A stretch of 63,731 bases of DNA, the filler included, from Hausera hauseri (taxonomy: Eukaryota), in the NCBI GenBank assembly GCA_046269625.1. It is 12 parts of 12 records of this genome, joined end to end, with 100 filler letters (N's around TTAATTAATTAA, not from the genome) between each part and the next. Parts side by side here need not be neighbours in the genome. Positions count along the whole stretch, not along the records: positions 14,344 to 18,493 come from JBJURY010733766.1; positions 18,594 to 23,205 come from JBJURY010505352.1; positions 23,306 to 27,748 come from JBJURY010579448.1; 9 more parts are not named here. The stretch is one strand, 5' to 3'. The notes beneath the pieces are model-generated. The model did no database searches, was not told the origin of the DNA, and saw only the letters and a program-made list of their open reading frames with translations. Shown piece after piece: positions 15,481 through 27,848 of the stretch. A program made the position numbers and the translations under genes. The number at the start of each line of letters is the position of its first letter. Positions within the stretch are counted from its first letter, which is position 1.

Positions 15481-16172
15481 TACACAGTGTATTTAAAAAG
15501 TTCCAGGACAAATCAAACACAGACCATATAAGAAAGAAAATATACGTATAGTTGGTATCAGGCTTTTATATTGGAACGAGCATACAGGTCCGTAAATGCC
15601 TTCTGAAAATCCTGCGATTTAATACTGTTAAGTTCTCTTGTCACCGCCGGTCCGATCGCCTCCACCGACTCATACCGCTGCCCCTTCATCTTCAGTTTCA
15701 ACTTGTTAAGCAAAAGGAATTCCGACGGGGATATATCTGGAGATTATTGGGTGTGGTCGATTCAAGCAACCTGCCTCCTTTCCAGAAATTGCTACACAAG
15801 GATGAACTTATGAGATAGTGCATTGTCGTGCAATAAGAACCAATTTTTATTGCCCAACAATTCGGGCCTCATAAGCCACATTTTTTTCAAAAGCCGATCC
15901 AAAACATCTTTGTAGAATGTTTCAGTCATAGTAGAACCTTGGCAAAAAATTCTCGATGAATGATGCCGGTCCCTTTCCGGACTTGTCCACTCAGCACTTT
16001 GAAGTTTTGTCTCAGGATCATACTCAAGACACGACGCCTCGTCTCCGGTTGCAATGTTTTTCAAAAATTTTTGATCCTCATCGGACATGGCAATCGAATC
16101 TTTGGACGAGGAAATTCTGTTTTTTTGCTCGGAAGTGAGAGTAGTGGAAAGATGGGAGTTCTGGCCCAAAAA
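15481..16172 (-). mobile_element. Degenerate mariner transposase 3' part with 3' TIR
   Basis: FLKNIATGDEASCLEYDPETKLQSAEW and WFLLHDNALSH (DD34D-type motifs). TIR-like tacacagtgtatttaaaaagttccaggac at 15481. Confidence 0.85.
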
Positions 16173-16710
16173 GCCTACCCCACCCTCGATTTGTTTGAAT
16201 TGATGTGTTTAAACAAAAGTGAATTTGACGAATTGGTGAAACGGTATTTATTTTTTATCCCCGATTGGGTAAATTTGTGATTACATAGTATTCCGCGACT
16301 GGGTGAATCCGTGTTTATTTTTTGTCCCGCAAATGTCACATGAGGTATTATGAACAATATTTTTCAAATAACAATAATTTTATTAGTGCTTTTTAAAATG
16401 TCTTTGGCTGATGGTAATCATTCAGTCGACACATACACTGCGCTGCTCAAAGTTATGTATTTAATTAAATTAAATGAATTTACAAATATTTTAGGAAACT
16501 GTTAAGAAAATGAAAGATAATTTCATTGAAATGAATGGCTATAAAATAGCTACTTCGGAATATGAAGCACCTGAACTAATCCAATACCGTACATACAGAA
16601 AATATTTTAAGATTTTGCCAATGCTCAGTTCTCTTTCAAACAAGACAAAAGTTATGGATGAATTATGCCAAGGTTTAACAAAATCTCATTTCATGGAATA
16701 TGGATACTGA
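16173..16710 (+). pseudogene. 3' part of an unknown gene with three 42-45-nt introns and one in-frame TGA
   Basis: GT-AG introns 16244-16288, 16345-16386 and 16452-16494 are all phase-consistent. TGA at 16341-16343; AATAAA at 16727. Confidence 0.55.
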
Positions 16711-17581
16711 ATATATGTAGTAATGGAATAAATATTCATATTTTACTTGTCCTGTGTTCTCAGCAGTTTAATTAATTTCATCAACATACGTATTACAAAG
16801 TAATTCAGTTTTTACGTGAAAATAGAATAAAATGAAAATGCAGTGCTATTATTATAAAACGTAGAACGACAAAAATGGTATTGAATCGTAATTTAGACAA
16901 GTCGGTAACCACTAGTAGTATATTTTTTAAACTCAAAAAAATCAAACTTCGCTCAATGATCCATAAACCATGTGCAACAGTCAGAAAATTTCTAGTTTAA
17001 GTCCTAAAATAAGACAATATGTTTCGCGATACAAAACACAATGTATAACAAAAAAATGAGTCAACCAACACCATTAATATAACAATATAGTCAACAATAA
17101 CAAATATATCGTTGTATATGAAATGATAATTACAATAAGAAAGAAAAGCAGTCGAAATACGATCATTTTAAAATATAGAGTTATAACAAAAATATTGACA
17201 ATTTAGTACGCTACAATCATTGTTGCCAAAATTCATAAAATATGTTTACGTCTAATAAGCACATTGTTTTAAAATTGGAATTGTACAATTTATCAATAAT
17301 AAAATTGTCATAAAGTACAATGAACAATCAAATATAACTCAACTTGAAGAATATTTCAGCCCTAAAAGTTTTCTCAGCTTATATTAGTTAAAAAACGTGA
17401 AAATAATCGAATATCTTATAGTGTTAAAGGACAACAAAATTCATCATTGGTTGACTTCTCATACACACAGCACATTTAGCAATAAGATCTTGAGATTTTA
17501 TAGTTTTAATATTTTGGCCCATAGTCATTTCGAATGATTTCATTTTGTCGACAATTGTCAACTAGAAATGCCTATGTTCTT

Positions 17582-18493
17582 CGTAGTAGCCACAATTGTT
17601 TGGAATTTTCTGCAATCGTTGACAGAACAATAACGGACTGAAAAAGAAATTTGTGTTTTATTGTTTTAACTGGCATTGTAATCGAATGGCTGTAACATTA
17701 CGGTAATGTCAATTTCTTTTTCCGGTTCAATTGAAAGATTTAAAAAGTCGTTTGAACATTTCGATAAAAGAAAAAATTGCAACTGAACGATGGAGGCGCC
17801 CGAGCCCGTGGCAGATCATTGGTACCAGTGGTAGATGTTTCTTCAAGAAGAACTCCATGCCCTTGTAAAACGTATCCATGATGTTTTGTAAATATTGAAA
17901 ATAGCCAATAATTTTCGTAAAATTCTGTAGACAACTTCATTATGTTGGCGCCTGTGTCTGCGGAACCACACTACCCCCGTTATAAAATGACACTGTCGGG
18001 GCGAAAGCAAAAAGACAATGCAGTGAGGTGTAAATGGACTATTGAAAGGAGCGAGTTTTTGATGTGATTGGATCAGAAACGTGGAAAAAATAAGTTTTGT
18101 CGGCTATTGCGTCTTTGTATGGACGAGGCGTTGAATTTTGTCGACATTCTGTTCTCTGTTGTATTTGCTAAAAGTAACCGTCTTATGTTTATTACTGTGA
18201 TGTTTGATTGCTTGCTGAGTTGGTTGGGAGGAAGTTAAATTTTGATTTGACGTGTCAGCAGCTTGAGAACAAGTCGGTATGACGTTTTGCTTAATGTTTT
18301 GAGTTGACGCAGGCTTTGGAGTTGCAGATTGTCGTGCAGGTAGAATGGGAGAAGAATTGAAAGAATCAAGAAAGTTTTGCGTAGATTCAGCTGAAGATTC
18401 CGGTGTATCATCGACGAAGAATGCTGGTTTAACGTTATTTATGTGTACATTTTGCTCTTTATCATTTTTGAGTATGGTAACCGTGTGTGAATT
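17582..18493 (-). mobile_element. 3' end of a Gypsy-like LTR retrotransposon (integrase C-terminus, PPT, putative 3' LTR ~17970-17582)
   Basis: Minus strand reads NSHTVTILKNDKEQNVHINNVKPAFF plus a low-complexity tail, then acgggggtag|TGTGG at 17971/17970 and AATAAA near 17660. The LTR distal end is approximate. Confidence 0.65.
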
Positions 18494-18847
18494 NNNNNNN
18501 NNNNNNNNNNNNNNNNNNNNNNNNNNNNNNNNNNNNNTTAATTAATTAANNNNNNNNNNNNNNNNNNNNNNNNNNNNNNNNNNNNNNNNNNNNAAACGAA
18601 AATTTTCTTAGGAGAGAAAATTTTTTTAAGCGGGCCCGCACCTCGAACTTCGCTTAGGTAGTAGCAATAACCCAATCGAATGCAATGCTGTGCACACACA
18701 TACATTTTAATACAATAAAAACACAAACAGTTACAATATATAATTTCCCAATACATTTTTTAAACATATAAAATCCTGGTTATAACGTACATTTTCAATT
18801 TTATCTACAAGAATCTTTAGGGTTAATCCATTTATTCCCTAATTCTA

Positions 18848-21800
18848 TTAAACAGATCGGCTAAGGCCGTCAGCATTCAAATGTTCTTTTCCCGGCTTGT
18901 GAACTACCTGGAAATCATATGGCTGCAGTGCTAACGCCCAACGCATCAGACGGGGATTGGAGCTGGCGTTCGACCTTAACCATACCAATGGATTATGGTC
19001 CGTTACGATCGTGAATTTTTGTCCATCTAAATAGTGATGCAATTTTTTTACGGCGAAGATTATGCACGCGCACTCCTTTTCGGTGGTGGCGTACTTCCTC
19101 TCCGCGTCCGAAAATTTTTTACTTAAATAGACGATCGGGTGCTCCTCGTTTCTCTCGTTCGTCTGTGACAACACAACGCCCATCCCTGTATCTGATGAGT
19201 CGGTCTGCACTAAAAACTCACGCTTATAGTCAGGCGCATATAGGATCGGATCTTGCGTAAGCCTTTTTTTCAAAGTTTTAAAAGCCGCCTCGCATTCCTC
19301 AGTCCAGATAATCGAACCCTTCCTCATCTTCCCCCTTAAAGCAGTTGTTAAAGGAGCTGAGATAATAGAAAAGTTCGGGATATATTTACTGTAATAACCC
19401 GCGAGACCTAGAAAAGCGCGTATTTGCGTCTTTGACGTGGGAGTAGGGAAATCTATGATCGCCTGGATTTTTAACTCAGCGGGTTTGCGTGTTCCCTGCC
19501 CTACTATATGTCCAAGATACTTCACATGATCTTGAGCGAAGTGACACTTGGCCGGCTTGAGGGTTAATTTCGCCTTAGAGATACGCCCAAGTACGACATC
19601 TAAATGTTTGATGTGCGCTTCCCAACTATCAGAAAATACAGCTATATAATCAAGATAGGGAACCGCAAAGGATTCGCACTCCTTCAAAACTTCCGCCATA
19701 AGTCTGGAAAAGAAATATGGTGCGTTCTTCAAACCGAAAGGCATTTTTAAAGGACGGAAGGAACCAAACGTCGTAACAAATGCTGCTAGCCTTTGAGCCC
19801 TAGGACTTAATGGTATTTGCCAATACCCCTTTGCTAAATCGAAAATACTGATGTATTTCGCAGCAGATACCAGCTCGACTCTCTCTTCGATGTTCGGGAG
19901 CGGGTAATACTCGGTCCGAATGACGTCGTTTAGCCGACGGTAATCGATACACGGCCTCGGATCTTTAAATGGCGCCTCAACGAGTATCATAGGAGAAGTA
20001 TAATCGGATTCTCCAACCTCAATGATCCGCAAATCCAACATTCTTTTTATCTCCGCTCTCAATATCTCATTCTGCCGCTGTGAAGCGCGATAGGGTTTCG
20101 CTCGAACGGGCTTGTCGCTAATGAGCTCTATATCATGAGTGACTAAATCCGTTACACCGGGGTCGTTCGAAAAACTGTTAGAATACCTATCGAGTAAAGC
20201 CTTTAGCTCTCCTACCTGCTTCGGGTTTAGTCGCTCTATCAAACGGTCCTTCTCAACTATTGCCTCAAATTCATAAATGTTCGGGTTGGTTTCCAAGCAA
20301 GGGAAATCTACCTCACTGTTGGCAACCCCTTCCCAATCCTCATTGCAAGTTAAATAATTGACCATTTCAGGTCTTTTATAGTACGGTTTAAGCATGTTTA
20401 TATGATAGATCTGAGAGGCGTCTTCTCTCCCGGGTAATTTCACCACATAATTGGTATCCGATATTTTAGACTGCACTTCGCCTGGCCCTTTCCATTTCGC
20501 GGATAATTTATTACTCCTGGAGGTAGCGAATATCAGTACCAGGTCCCCTTCCCGGAATTCTCGTTTTACGGCATTTTTATCATACCATATTTTTCGGTGA
20601 ACCTGTACCTCTTCCATCCTCTCTACCGCCAACTCTTGACACCTTTTTAATCTATTGACCAATTTGAACACATAATCCGTGACTGGATCTTCTTCATCAC
20701 TAGACTCCATCCATCGCTCGTAGAGCAAAGTTTCTGGAGTTCTCAGGTTCTTCCCGTGCACAAGCTCGGCTGGCGAGAAACCTGTACTCACGTGTGTCAC
20801 AGTTCTCAGTGCTAAAAGTGCCAAAGGTAGCTGTTTTTCCCAATCCGGACCTGCTTCCACGCACAAAGCCCTCAGTAGTCTTTTTAAAGATCGGTGAAAT
20901 CGTTCCACTGGGTTCGTCTGTGGATGATGGACAGAACTGTGTCTAATCCGAATTCCGAATTTTTCAAAAAATTCCGTGGTGAGTGCGCTCGTGAAAGACT
21001 TGCCCTGATCGCACTGCACCTCCCTAGGGAACCCTAGCCGACTGAAAATATTTAATAACGCGTCTATCACCGACACGGACTTAATATCCTCAACCGGTAT
21101 AGCATCCGGATATTTGGATGACATACAAAGTGCCGTAATTATATATTTCTTCCCACTCGGGGTTTCGGGTAAGGGCCCGCATGCATCAATATTGACCTTT
21201 GTAAACACTTCGGATATTACCGGCACTAATTTTAGGGGCGCCTTCTTAAGGTCGTTGGACTTCCCCGCCCTCTGGCACTGATCACAGGTGCGGACGTACT
21301 CCTCGATTTCTTTATAGCATCCTGGCCAAAAGAAATAACGAGACAAGCGATCCTTCGACTTAGTGACCCCCAGATGCCCCGAAGTCCCCTCGTGACATAC
21401 TGCCTTTATCTGGTTCCTAAGTTTATCGGGTACCACTAACAATTTTTTGTCGTTCCCCAAACGGTCTTCCTGGTGTTTTACTAAAACGCCATTCTCAATT
21501 ATATACATCTTTTTCGTGAGTCGCTCCTGTGGGACACTAGCTAGGTCATAAATATTTTTTAATGAGGCACTTTCCTTCTGCATCTGAGAAAATTCAGACC
21601 TACTGATTTTGGGGAGTGATAATTCGTCGACTTCGGAAATTTCGGGTAAAATGATCTCTGGTGTCTCATCAGTACATTCAATATCTATTTCCCCTTCAGT
21701 GTTTTCCTCGTTTCCCACCAAACTATTTGCGCCCACATCTGCATCTCGCTCTTTTATTCCCCTCTGGGATCGCGTTTCTACTGCATTCATCATTACCGGG

Positions 21801-22126
21801 GTTTCCACTCCCCTTTCTGCCTGGCCATCCTTAATTCTCTCCGCTGTCCGATTACTTAAAATATATCGCCCAGTGTCCAGCTCATTTCCGACGACAGCTG
21901 CAAAAGTATCAACCTTCCCAAATTTTCCCGTTAACGAAACTCTAGCTATGGGTAAACATCTGGCTTCGGTGTCCAGTGGCTGTTGTATCCAAAGAGTCTC
22001 TCCGGTCAAATTATCTGAGGTGATATATTTTCTGCAGACCAGGTCAAAAGTCGCGCCCGTATCCCTTAGTAATGAGATGGGGTGTCCATTTACTGTTCCC
22101 TCCGATAAGAAAGGGGCTAAAAGTGC
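18848..22126 (-). CDS. pol: Pol polyprotein (PR-INT-RT-RH); RT YxDD reads YLDY
   Basis: The 1053-aa ORF-track ORF stays open upstream through the protease DTG motif to a TAG at 22127-22129. Confidence 0.9.
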   Translation of the reverse strand, partial: ALLAPFLSEGTVNGHPISLLRDTGATFDLVCRKYITSDNLTGETLWIQQPLDTEARCLPIARVSLTGKFGKVDTFAAVVGNELDTGRYILSNRTAERIKDGQAERGVETPVMMNAVETRSQRGIKERDADVGANSLVGNEENTEGEIDIECTDETPEIILPEISEVDELSLPKISRSEFSQMQKESASLKNIYDLASVPQERLTKKMYIIENGVLVKHQEDRLGNDKKLLVVPDKLRNQIKAVCHEGTSGHLGVTKSKDRLSRYFFWPGCYKEIEEYVRTCDQCQRAGKSNDLKKAPLKLVPVISEVFTKVNIDACGPLPETPSGKKYIITALCMSSKYPDAIPVEDIKSVSVIDALLNIFSRLGFPREVQCDQGKSFTSALTTEFFEKFGIRIRHSSVHHPQTNPVERFHRSLKRLLRALCVEAGPDWEKQLPLALLALRTVTHVSTGFSPAELVHGKNLRTPETLLYERWMESSDEEDPVTDYVFKLVNRLKRCQELAVERMEEVQVHRKIWYDKNAVKREFREGDLVLIFATSRSNKLSAKWKGPGEVQSKISDTNYVVKLPGREDASQIYHINMLKPYYKRPEMVNYLTCNEDWEGVANSEVDFPCLETNPNIYEFEAIVEKDRLIERLNPKQVGELKALLDRYSNSFSNDPGVTDLVTHDIELISDKPVRAKPYRASQRQNEILRAEIKRMLDLRIIEVGESDYTSPMILVEAPFKDPRPCIDYRRLNDVIRTEYYPLPNIEERVELVSAAKYISIFDLAKGYWQIPLSPRAQRLAAFVTTFGSFRPLKMPFGLKNAPYFFSRLMAEVLKECESFAVPYLDYIAVFSDSWEAHIKHLDVVLGRISKAKLTLKPAKCHFAQDHVKYLGHIVGQGTRKPAELKIQAIIDFPTPTSKTQIRAFLGLAGYYSKYIPNFSIISAPLTTALRGKMRKGSIIWTEECEAAFKTLKKRLTQDPILYAPDYKREFLVQTDSSDTGMGVVLSQTNERNEEHPIVYLSKKFSDAERKYATTEKECACIIFAVKKLHHYLDGQKFTIVTDHNPLVWLRSNASSNPRLMRWALALQPYDFQVVHKPGKEHLNADGLSRSV

Positions 22127-22400
22127 CTATTTTCCCCCTTTCCCCCAGATGTGGCTAACTTCCTCACTTTCTTTTCTCCGCCTGTATTTCTCACATTGAG
22201 GGCGAAAGTGCTCAGTGCTCCCACATTCGAAACATTTCAGCTTCTTCCTTTTTTCAAACTGTTCTTCCAAAGATTTATCTCTCGGGGAGAATTTGGGGTC
22301 ATTCTTCCCCCAGGCTTTATTTTCTGACTTGTTTCCTGCATCGTTTATGGGTTTGGAGCCCCCCTGCTTGTTTAAATATCTCCCTTTTAATGGTGAAAAT
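18848..22400 (-). mobile_element. Gmr1-type Ty3/Gypsy retrotransposon: gag CCHC-PR-INT-RT-RNaseH
   Basis: CFECGSTEHFRPQC (~22195-22236) and LRDTGA protease, then integrase HHCC and DDE core (IDACGP, DQGKSF, HPQTNPVERF, WKGPG) BEFORE RT (CIDYRRLN, DLAKGYWQ, MPFGLKNAP, YLDY) and RNase H (TDSS, TDHNPL, NADGLSR). Confidence 0.95.
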
Positions 22401-23305
22401 CCGGTGCCAGCGGTGGAGATTCGTCGTATAACGTCGTGAAGAGCTGGTGGAAAGACTGTTTCGTTGTCCTGATCAAGAAAAGATTGGATTCAACTCAGTG
22501 AAGGATTTGCATATCCTGGAGTACTTCCCGCAGATTAGTGTTTTGAAAGTGAAGAATCGGTTAGACTAGAATTGTTGGAGATACAAGTTTTCCAGATACG
22601 TCTCTCCAGTTCAGGACTATTTTCCAGTTATCCACGAATCTCCAGTTCTGTGATTAATAAAGGAACGTTCAACATTTCAGTTTGTTTTCTGTGATCTCCA
22701 GAAAAGGTGTTTTAGAGTTTTATTTTTCCAAAGTGACTAAAAAACTTTCGGACTTTTGAACTTTACCGTTTGAACTTTATTGTTTAAAGGACTTACTGAT
22801 TTCAAGTGATGAAAAGCATCAAAAGGGGTAAGTACCTTGAATTTACTTATGGTAGTAGCTCTATTATGAAATTTATATTCCAAATTCGAAAATTTTAAAT
22901 GCTATGTTCATAATAGTTTGGCATTCATATTAAAAAAATAAATAAATAAATACAGTGTTTGATCTTGTGTATATTTTCCATACGAAGGCAATGCTAATCT
23001 GTATTATATTTTGTAAGAACTAATGTGCGTTGAGTTTGATGTTTGAAAAAAATTGATATCACATTATTGCTGATAAAATTGTTTGCTTTTGAAAGAAATT
23101 GTTAATTTAAGTTGAATTTTGGATATAAGATTTGTATATTAATTGAGTAAGGTATTTGTAGAATTGCTTTAAAATATTAGTATAGAGTTACTTTTGAATG
23201 CTAGANNNNNNNNNNNNNNNNNNNNNNNNNNNNNNNNNNNNNNNNNNNNTTAATTAATTAANNNNNNNNNNNNNNNNNNNNNNNNNNNNNNNNNNNNNNN
23301 NNNNN

Positions 23306-23755
23306 CAAATTACAGGGATTAACCAAGTCTGAAGAAAAAAAATGATCGAGACCATCGGAATTAATTACACTGCAATATTGCTTCAAGCAAATTTCATCTG
23401 CTGACTGCCCCGTAGAAGGAATGTAATCCGTCTGACTACTACCACCACCATTACGTTTAACAAAATCGGTCATAAGTTGATGTACTTGACTAGGATTATT
23501 ATCGTCAAACGTCGTCATTTTTCCGCCAAATGTGCAAAAAATCTTACGAAATAAAAATTCCATATCACCAACAACCTGCTTCATATGGCGTAAGTAGGAT
23601 TCTCGTGTTTTTCAATTCTGCTCAGCAAGTAAAAGTAGCTTTTCAGGAGGCAAATACCGAGCATTATCCAACGGTCGATCGATATTGCACAGGTGGTTCC
23701 GCAGATTGTTGAATGAGTGGTATATGCTAATAAGTTGTGTCGTCAAGTGAGACAT
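23306..23755 (-). pseudogene. Unknown ORF divergently oriented to pPolB, with one internal TGA; truncated by contig end
   Basis: ATG at 23755, MSHLTTQLISIYHSFNNLRNHLC...EQN*KTRESYLRHMKQVVGDMEFLFRKIFC...; TATAAATA ~50 nt upstream. Confidence 0.4.
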
Positions 23756-24014
23756 TGTATAATCTTAGGAGAAGAAGAAGAAGAAGCAGAAAGAAGCACA
23801 AGTATTTATACTGCAATGTATCTTGAACACACACACACACACAGTAAAAACAAACACGTAGCGAAATTATATATTTTTGTGGGGTTAAATACGGTCAGTT
23901 AACTTTTTTAATACAATACAAAGCGAAGCAGTACATACAAAACCAATGAGGAAATTAACACGTCGTCGTTGTTGTCGGTGTTGTTGTTGTCGTTTTCGTC
24001 TCCTTGATACGTTT

Positions 24015-24044
24015 TATAAAGAGAGATCGAACGATTAATTCAGT
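24015..24044 (+). promoter_or_regulatory. TATA box plus TCAGT initiator upstream of pPolB
   Basis: TATAAA at 24015-24020 and TCAGT at 24040-24044, with near-canonical spacing. Confidence 0.45.
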
Positions 24045-24159
24045 ATACTCTCGTCTACTCATTATCCTGGTTTCTGCTATCTCACATAGATACTAAACGT
24101 TAAACACATGTCCAGTCATTATTTCATGTCAAATTCTGAATTTAACACTTAATATACTC

Positions 24160-27100
24160 TTCAATTTAATCTGCAACATATGTAATATGTCTGGTATGTT
24201 TATACTTGCGTAAAGTTCTGAGACAAAATAACAAGAACAACAAGAACAAGAACAAGAACAACAACAACAACAACAACCGGTAGGAAACGCCAGGCCTTAA
24301 CACGTCTTGACGACTTAACCAGAAACAGTACCTAGCAGCGGCAGCAGCATCAGCAGTAGCAGCAGGAACAGCATCAACAAGAAGAACAAAAGGCCTGTAT
24401 TCCCAACATTACAGTCAAGTACGACCTGAACAGATCGTACGTGAACATGAAAGTGGACATGTCGGCGAAAACAACAGTAACAACGCAATTGAAGGATGTA
24501 CCCGCTCATGTGCGTAACCGATTGGAAACAGAGGTGGCCAAATTCCAACAGTACCACTGTCACTACCACCACTGCAAAGTGCAATATTATGCACTTGCAG
24601 AATTTGAAAACGTTGAAGGTGACAGGAAACAGTGGGACCTGTCACATCGAGCCGTACCGTATTCCGACGAATTTATTGCCGACGTAGGCAAGATGCTCCA
24701 GGATAAAATCGCCAACTACACGAAAAAGGGTAGTGGATGGCGAATTATACGAATTGTCACTCTCGGCCTTATCGTAACGAAGTCGAGTGACAATATATTT
24801 GTCCGGGCGATCATTCATACCGATACCTGCAGCTCTGAAGCAGTCTCTGGCGGTAGTGAATGTAAAAAATACTAACGACGGATACTGTTTTCTTTACAGT
24901 ATTCTGTCCGTATTGAAATAAGACGAAGTGGACAGACATAGTGCATCTAGTCCAAAACAGTATCAGAAATATTTTTCCGAATTGGATTTCGATGAAAGCT
25001 TGATGCCGATAAAACTGAAATCCATTTGAACGGCGTAATCTGACAATGGCAATAAATGTGCTGCGGTACAACACAATCGTAGAAATACCGGCGGATAAAG
25101 AAATTTACAAAAACCCTCATGTGGATATAATCTACCGTAGTCGGAACCCAAATGGTTGCACAATAAATTTGTTGTTATTGGAGCAAAAGGAAAAATTCCA
25201 TTACGTTTCAATGACAAATCTGGACAGACTGTTAAATATGGATCACCGTCAGTTTGTCGAAAAGCGTATACAATGTAAATGGTGTCCTGTATGTCTGCAC
25301 GGATTCAAATCAGAGACAACATGGGAGAAACACGTGACTCTGTACAGACAAAATTCAAAGGGAACCACCATGTACGTAATGCCACTCAAAAGGGAGCTCC
25401 GATTCGGTGACTGGTCAAAAATGGATAGTCGGGCATACGTTGTATATGTCGATATCAAAGCTATCTTACCATGGCACAACATACATGACCAAAAACATGT
25501 TCTAATTGCCGTCGGTATGTTGTTTGCCCCAATAAAAGCCGCAGGTCAACAGCAATATTACGTTTTCATGGCTGAAACTGAGTACTCTATTTCCTGCATC
25601 AGTTGGAAACAATAGTAGAAACGAAAGTCGCACCCTGGTACAGTAGAAGTAGCAATAAACCCTTGATGTGATCAGATGAAGATGAACGCCTGACGTTTGC
25701 AATCACGGATTAATGTTATCTGTGCCACCACAAAATATTGCCGTTTGATGCGCAGGAACGGCTCGTAGCGGACCGTGATCATTTCACCAGTCGATATCTG
25801 GGAGCAGTATGCAACTCATGCAATTTGTCAAGGTGTGTGCGGCCATTCCTACCGGTGATATTTTATAACTTCCGGGATTATGATTGTCAGAATATTCTGA
25901 AATGAGCAATCAGTGGATTTCCACACTGGGAATTATCCGTAATTCCAACAACGATGGCGAAGTACTTGTCTCTATCGGCACGTATAAACTGGTTTCCAGT
26001 ACGGTTTCTTGACTCATTGCAGTTCATGAATGAGTCTCTAAAAAAGCTCGTAACTGCCTTGCCGGATGTGCCGATAACACTGACGCAGTTTCCTGCGCAT
26101 ATTGCACGCAGCAAAGGCATATTCCCGTATGACTTTGCTGTGTAATATGAGCGGCTTCAGACAACAGAGGAATTGCCGCCACAATAAACCGGAATCACAC
26201 AGGAGGAGTACCACAGAGTACAGGAAGTGTGGACTAATCTCGGCTGCAGAAACATTTTGGAGTATATGCTCCAGTACCTGAAACTGGACGTGCACTTGCT
26301 GTCCGACGTGTTTTAGGTATTTTGTGCTAAGGCGTTGGCGGAAGATAGGCTGGAGCCGCTTAATTTTTACTCCATACCGGTGATGAGTTGAGCATCGGCC
26401 CTAATGTCGCTGGACAGGGAAATTGAGCTACTGCAAGACCCGGAAATGTACCGACTATTTGATGTTGGTAATCTTGGCGACATGACGTTTGTTACCAAAT
26501 ATCACGTAACCAGTGATAATACTACGTCAGTGTTGTAAATCGATATTCGCAACCCTTTCCATACGGTTTATTTGAATGGGTTGTTGAAACACCGGAATTG
26601 GATGAATTAATGGACAGTTTTACAGCAGCAGCAGCAAACACGACAGAAAGCAGAGCAGTAAGCTACCTTATGGAAGTTTATCTCGTGGTACCAGATGAGC
26701 TTCATGACGCTTTGGACGAATTATCCGGGGCACCAATCAGATAATGTTTACCCGGCGGCTCAACAAAATTAAAATAACTGCTCAAGACTCATGAACCGAA
26801 GCTGAATTACATGGTTCATTGGCGTCTGCTGCAGTTTTACATGCAGTTGGGTGTACGTGTGACGCATCACACAGTTGCATCATGCAATCCGCTTCAATCA
26901 GGCCCAATATTCAAGGCGTACATGGATGGAAATTCTGGGAAACGATCCGCAGCGTGTACAAAGTTCGAAAAGGACTATTACAAGTTGAAAAATAATTTTC
27001 TTTACGGCAAAGCAGTAGAGAACCTCAAGAAGCGGCTCACTGTGCGCCTATGCAACAACGAAAAGCGGCTGGTTACGTACACCAGCAAGGTCCTGTTCAG

Positions 27101-27748
27101 GCGGTCAATGCACATTGCCGACGGATTAGTCGCAGTGCTTCTCAAGAGGGAAGAAGTAAAATTGGACCGGCCAAGCTACATCGGAAAAGTAGTACTGGAC
27201 CTGAAAAAGTTGCGCATGTACGGGCTCCAGTATCGCGACTTGGCACGTTATCGGCAAATGTTCGGCGACGGCTGTGAGATCAGTATCGTTGCCGGTGATA
27301 CAGACAGCTTTTTCTTTGAGCTAAAAAACGTCGATCGGAACCAGCTTCTCTGACAAATGATGGCAGATGGACTACTTGACACTTCCAACTACCAGTCGAA
27401 TCATCCGCTGTACAACAACGCGATAAAAAACAAAATCGTCTGCTTCAAGAACTAAAGCGAAGGCCGGGTCCAGTACAGGGAATGGATATTTCTACGCCCA
27501 AAATGCTACAGTCTTCTGACGGATTGTGGGCCGAAAATGCATGCAAAAGGCATCCAGGTGAAACAAACGGAACTATGTCACGGTGATTATCGCCGCGTCT
27601 ATGATGGACAAGAAGAATAAGGAACAGGAGGAAAGGTTGTTGTGTCTCAAACGACCATACGATCGATTGAGTACCAGCTATATAAAATCACAAATAGAAA
27701 GGTTGCTTTGTCATGCAACGATGACAAGCGAAAGTGGGTGGGGCAGAA
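24160..27748 (+). pseudogene. Degenerate protein-primed family B DNA polymerase of Polinton/Maverick (adintovirus-like) type
   Basis: Ordered motifs across frameshifts: KGSGW, CFLYSI, HYVSM, CPVCLHGF, DRDHFTSRYLGAVCNSCNL, FYNFRDYD, RFLDSLQFM, KGIFPYDF, YLKLDVHLLSDVF, KLKNNFLYGK, PSYIGKVVLDL, GDTDS, DTSNY, PKCYS, KGI. Confidence 0.92.
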
Positions 27749-27848
27749 NNNNNNNNNNNNNNNNNNNNNNNNNNNNNNNNNNNNNNNNNNNNTTAATTAA
27801 TTAANNNNNNNNNNNNNNNNNNNNNNNNNNNNNNNNNNNNNNNNNNNN

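Noticed and set aside
24229-24390. Short AAC/AACAAG and CAG runs; CA runs near 8386 and 23787
   Set aside because: Ordinary microsatellites.
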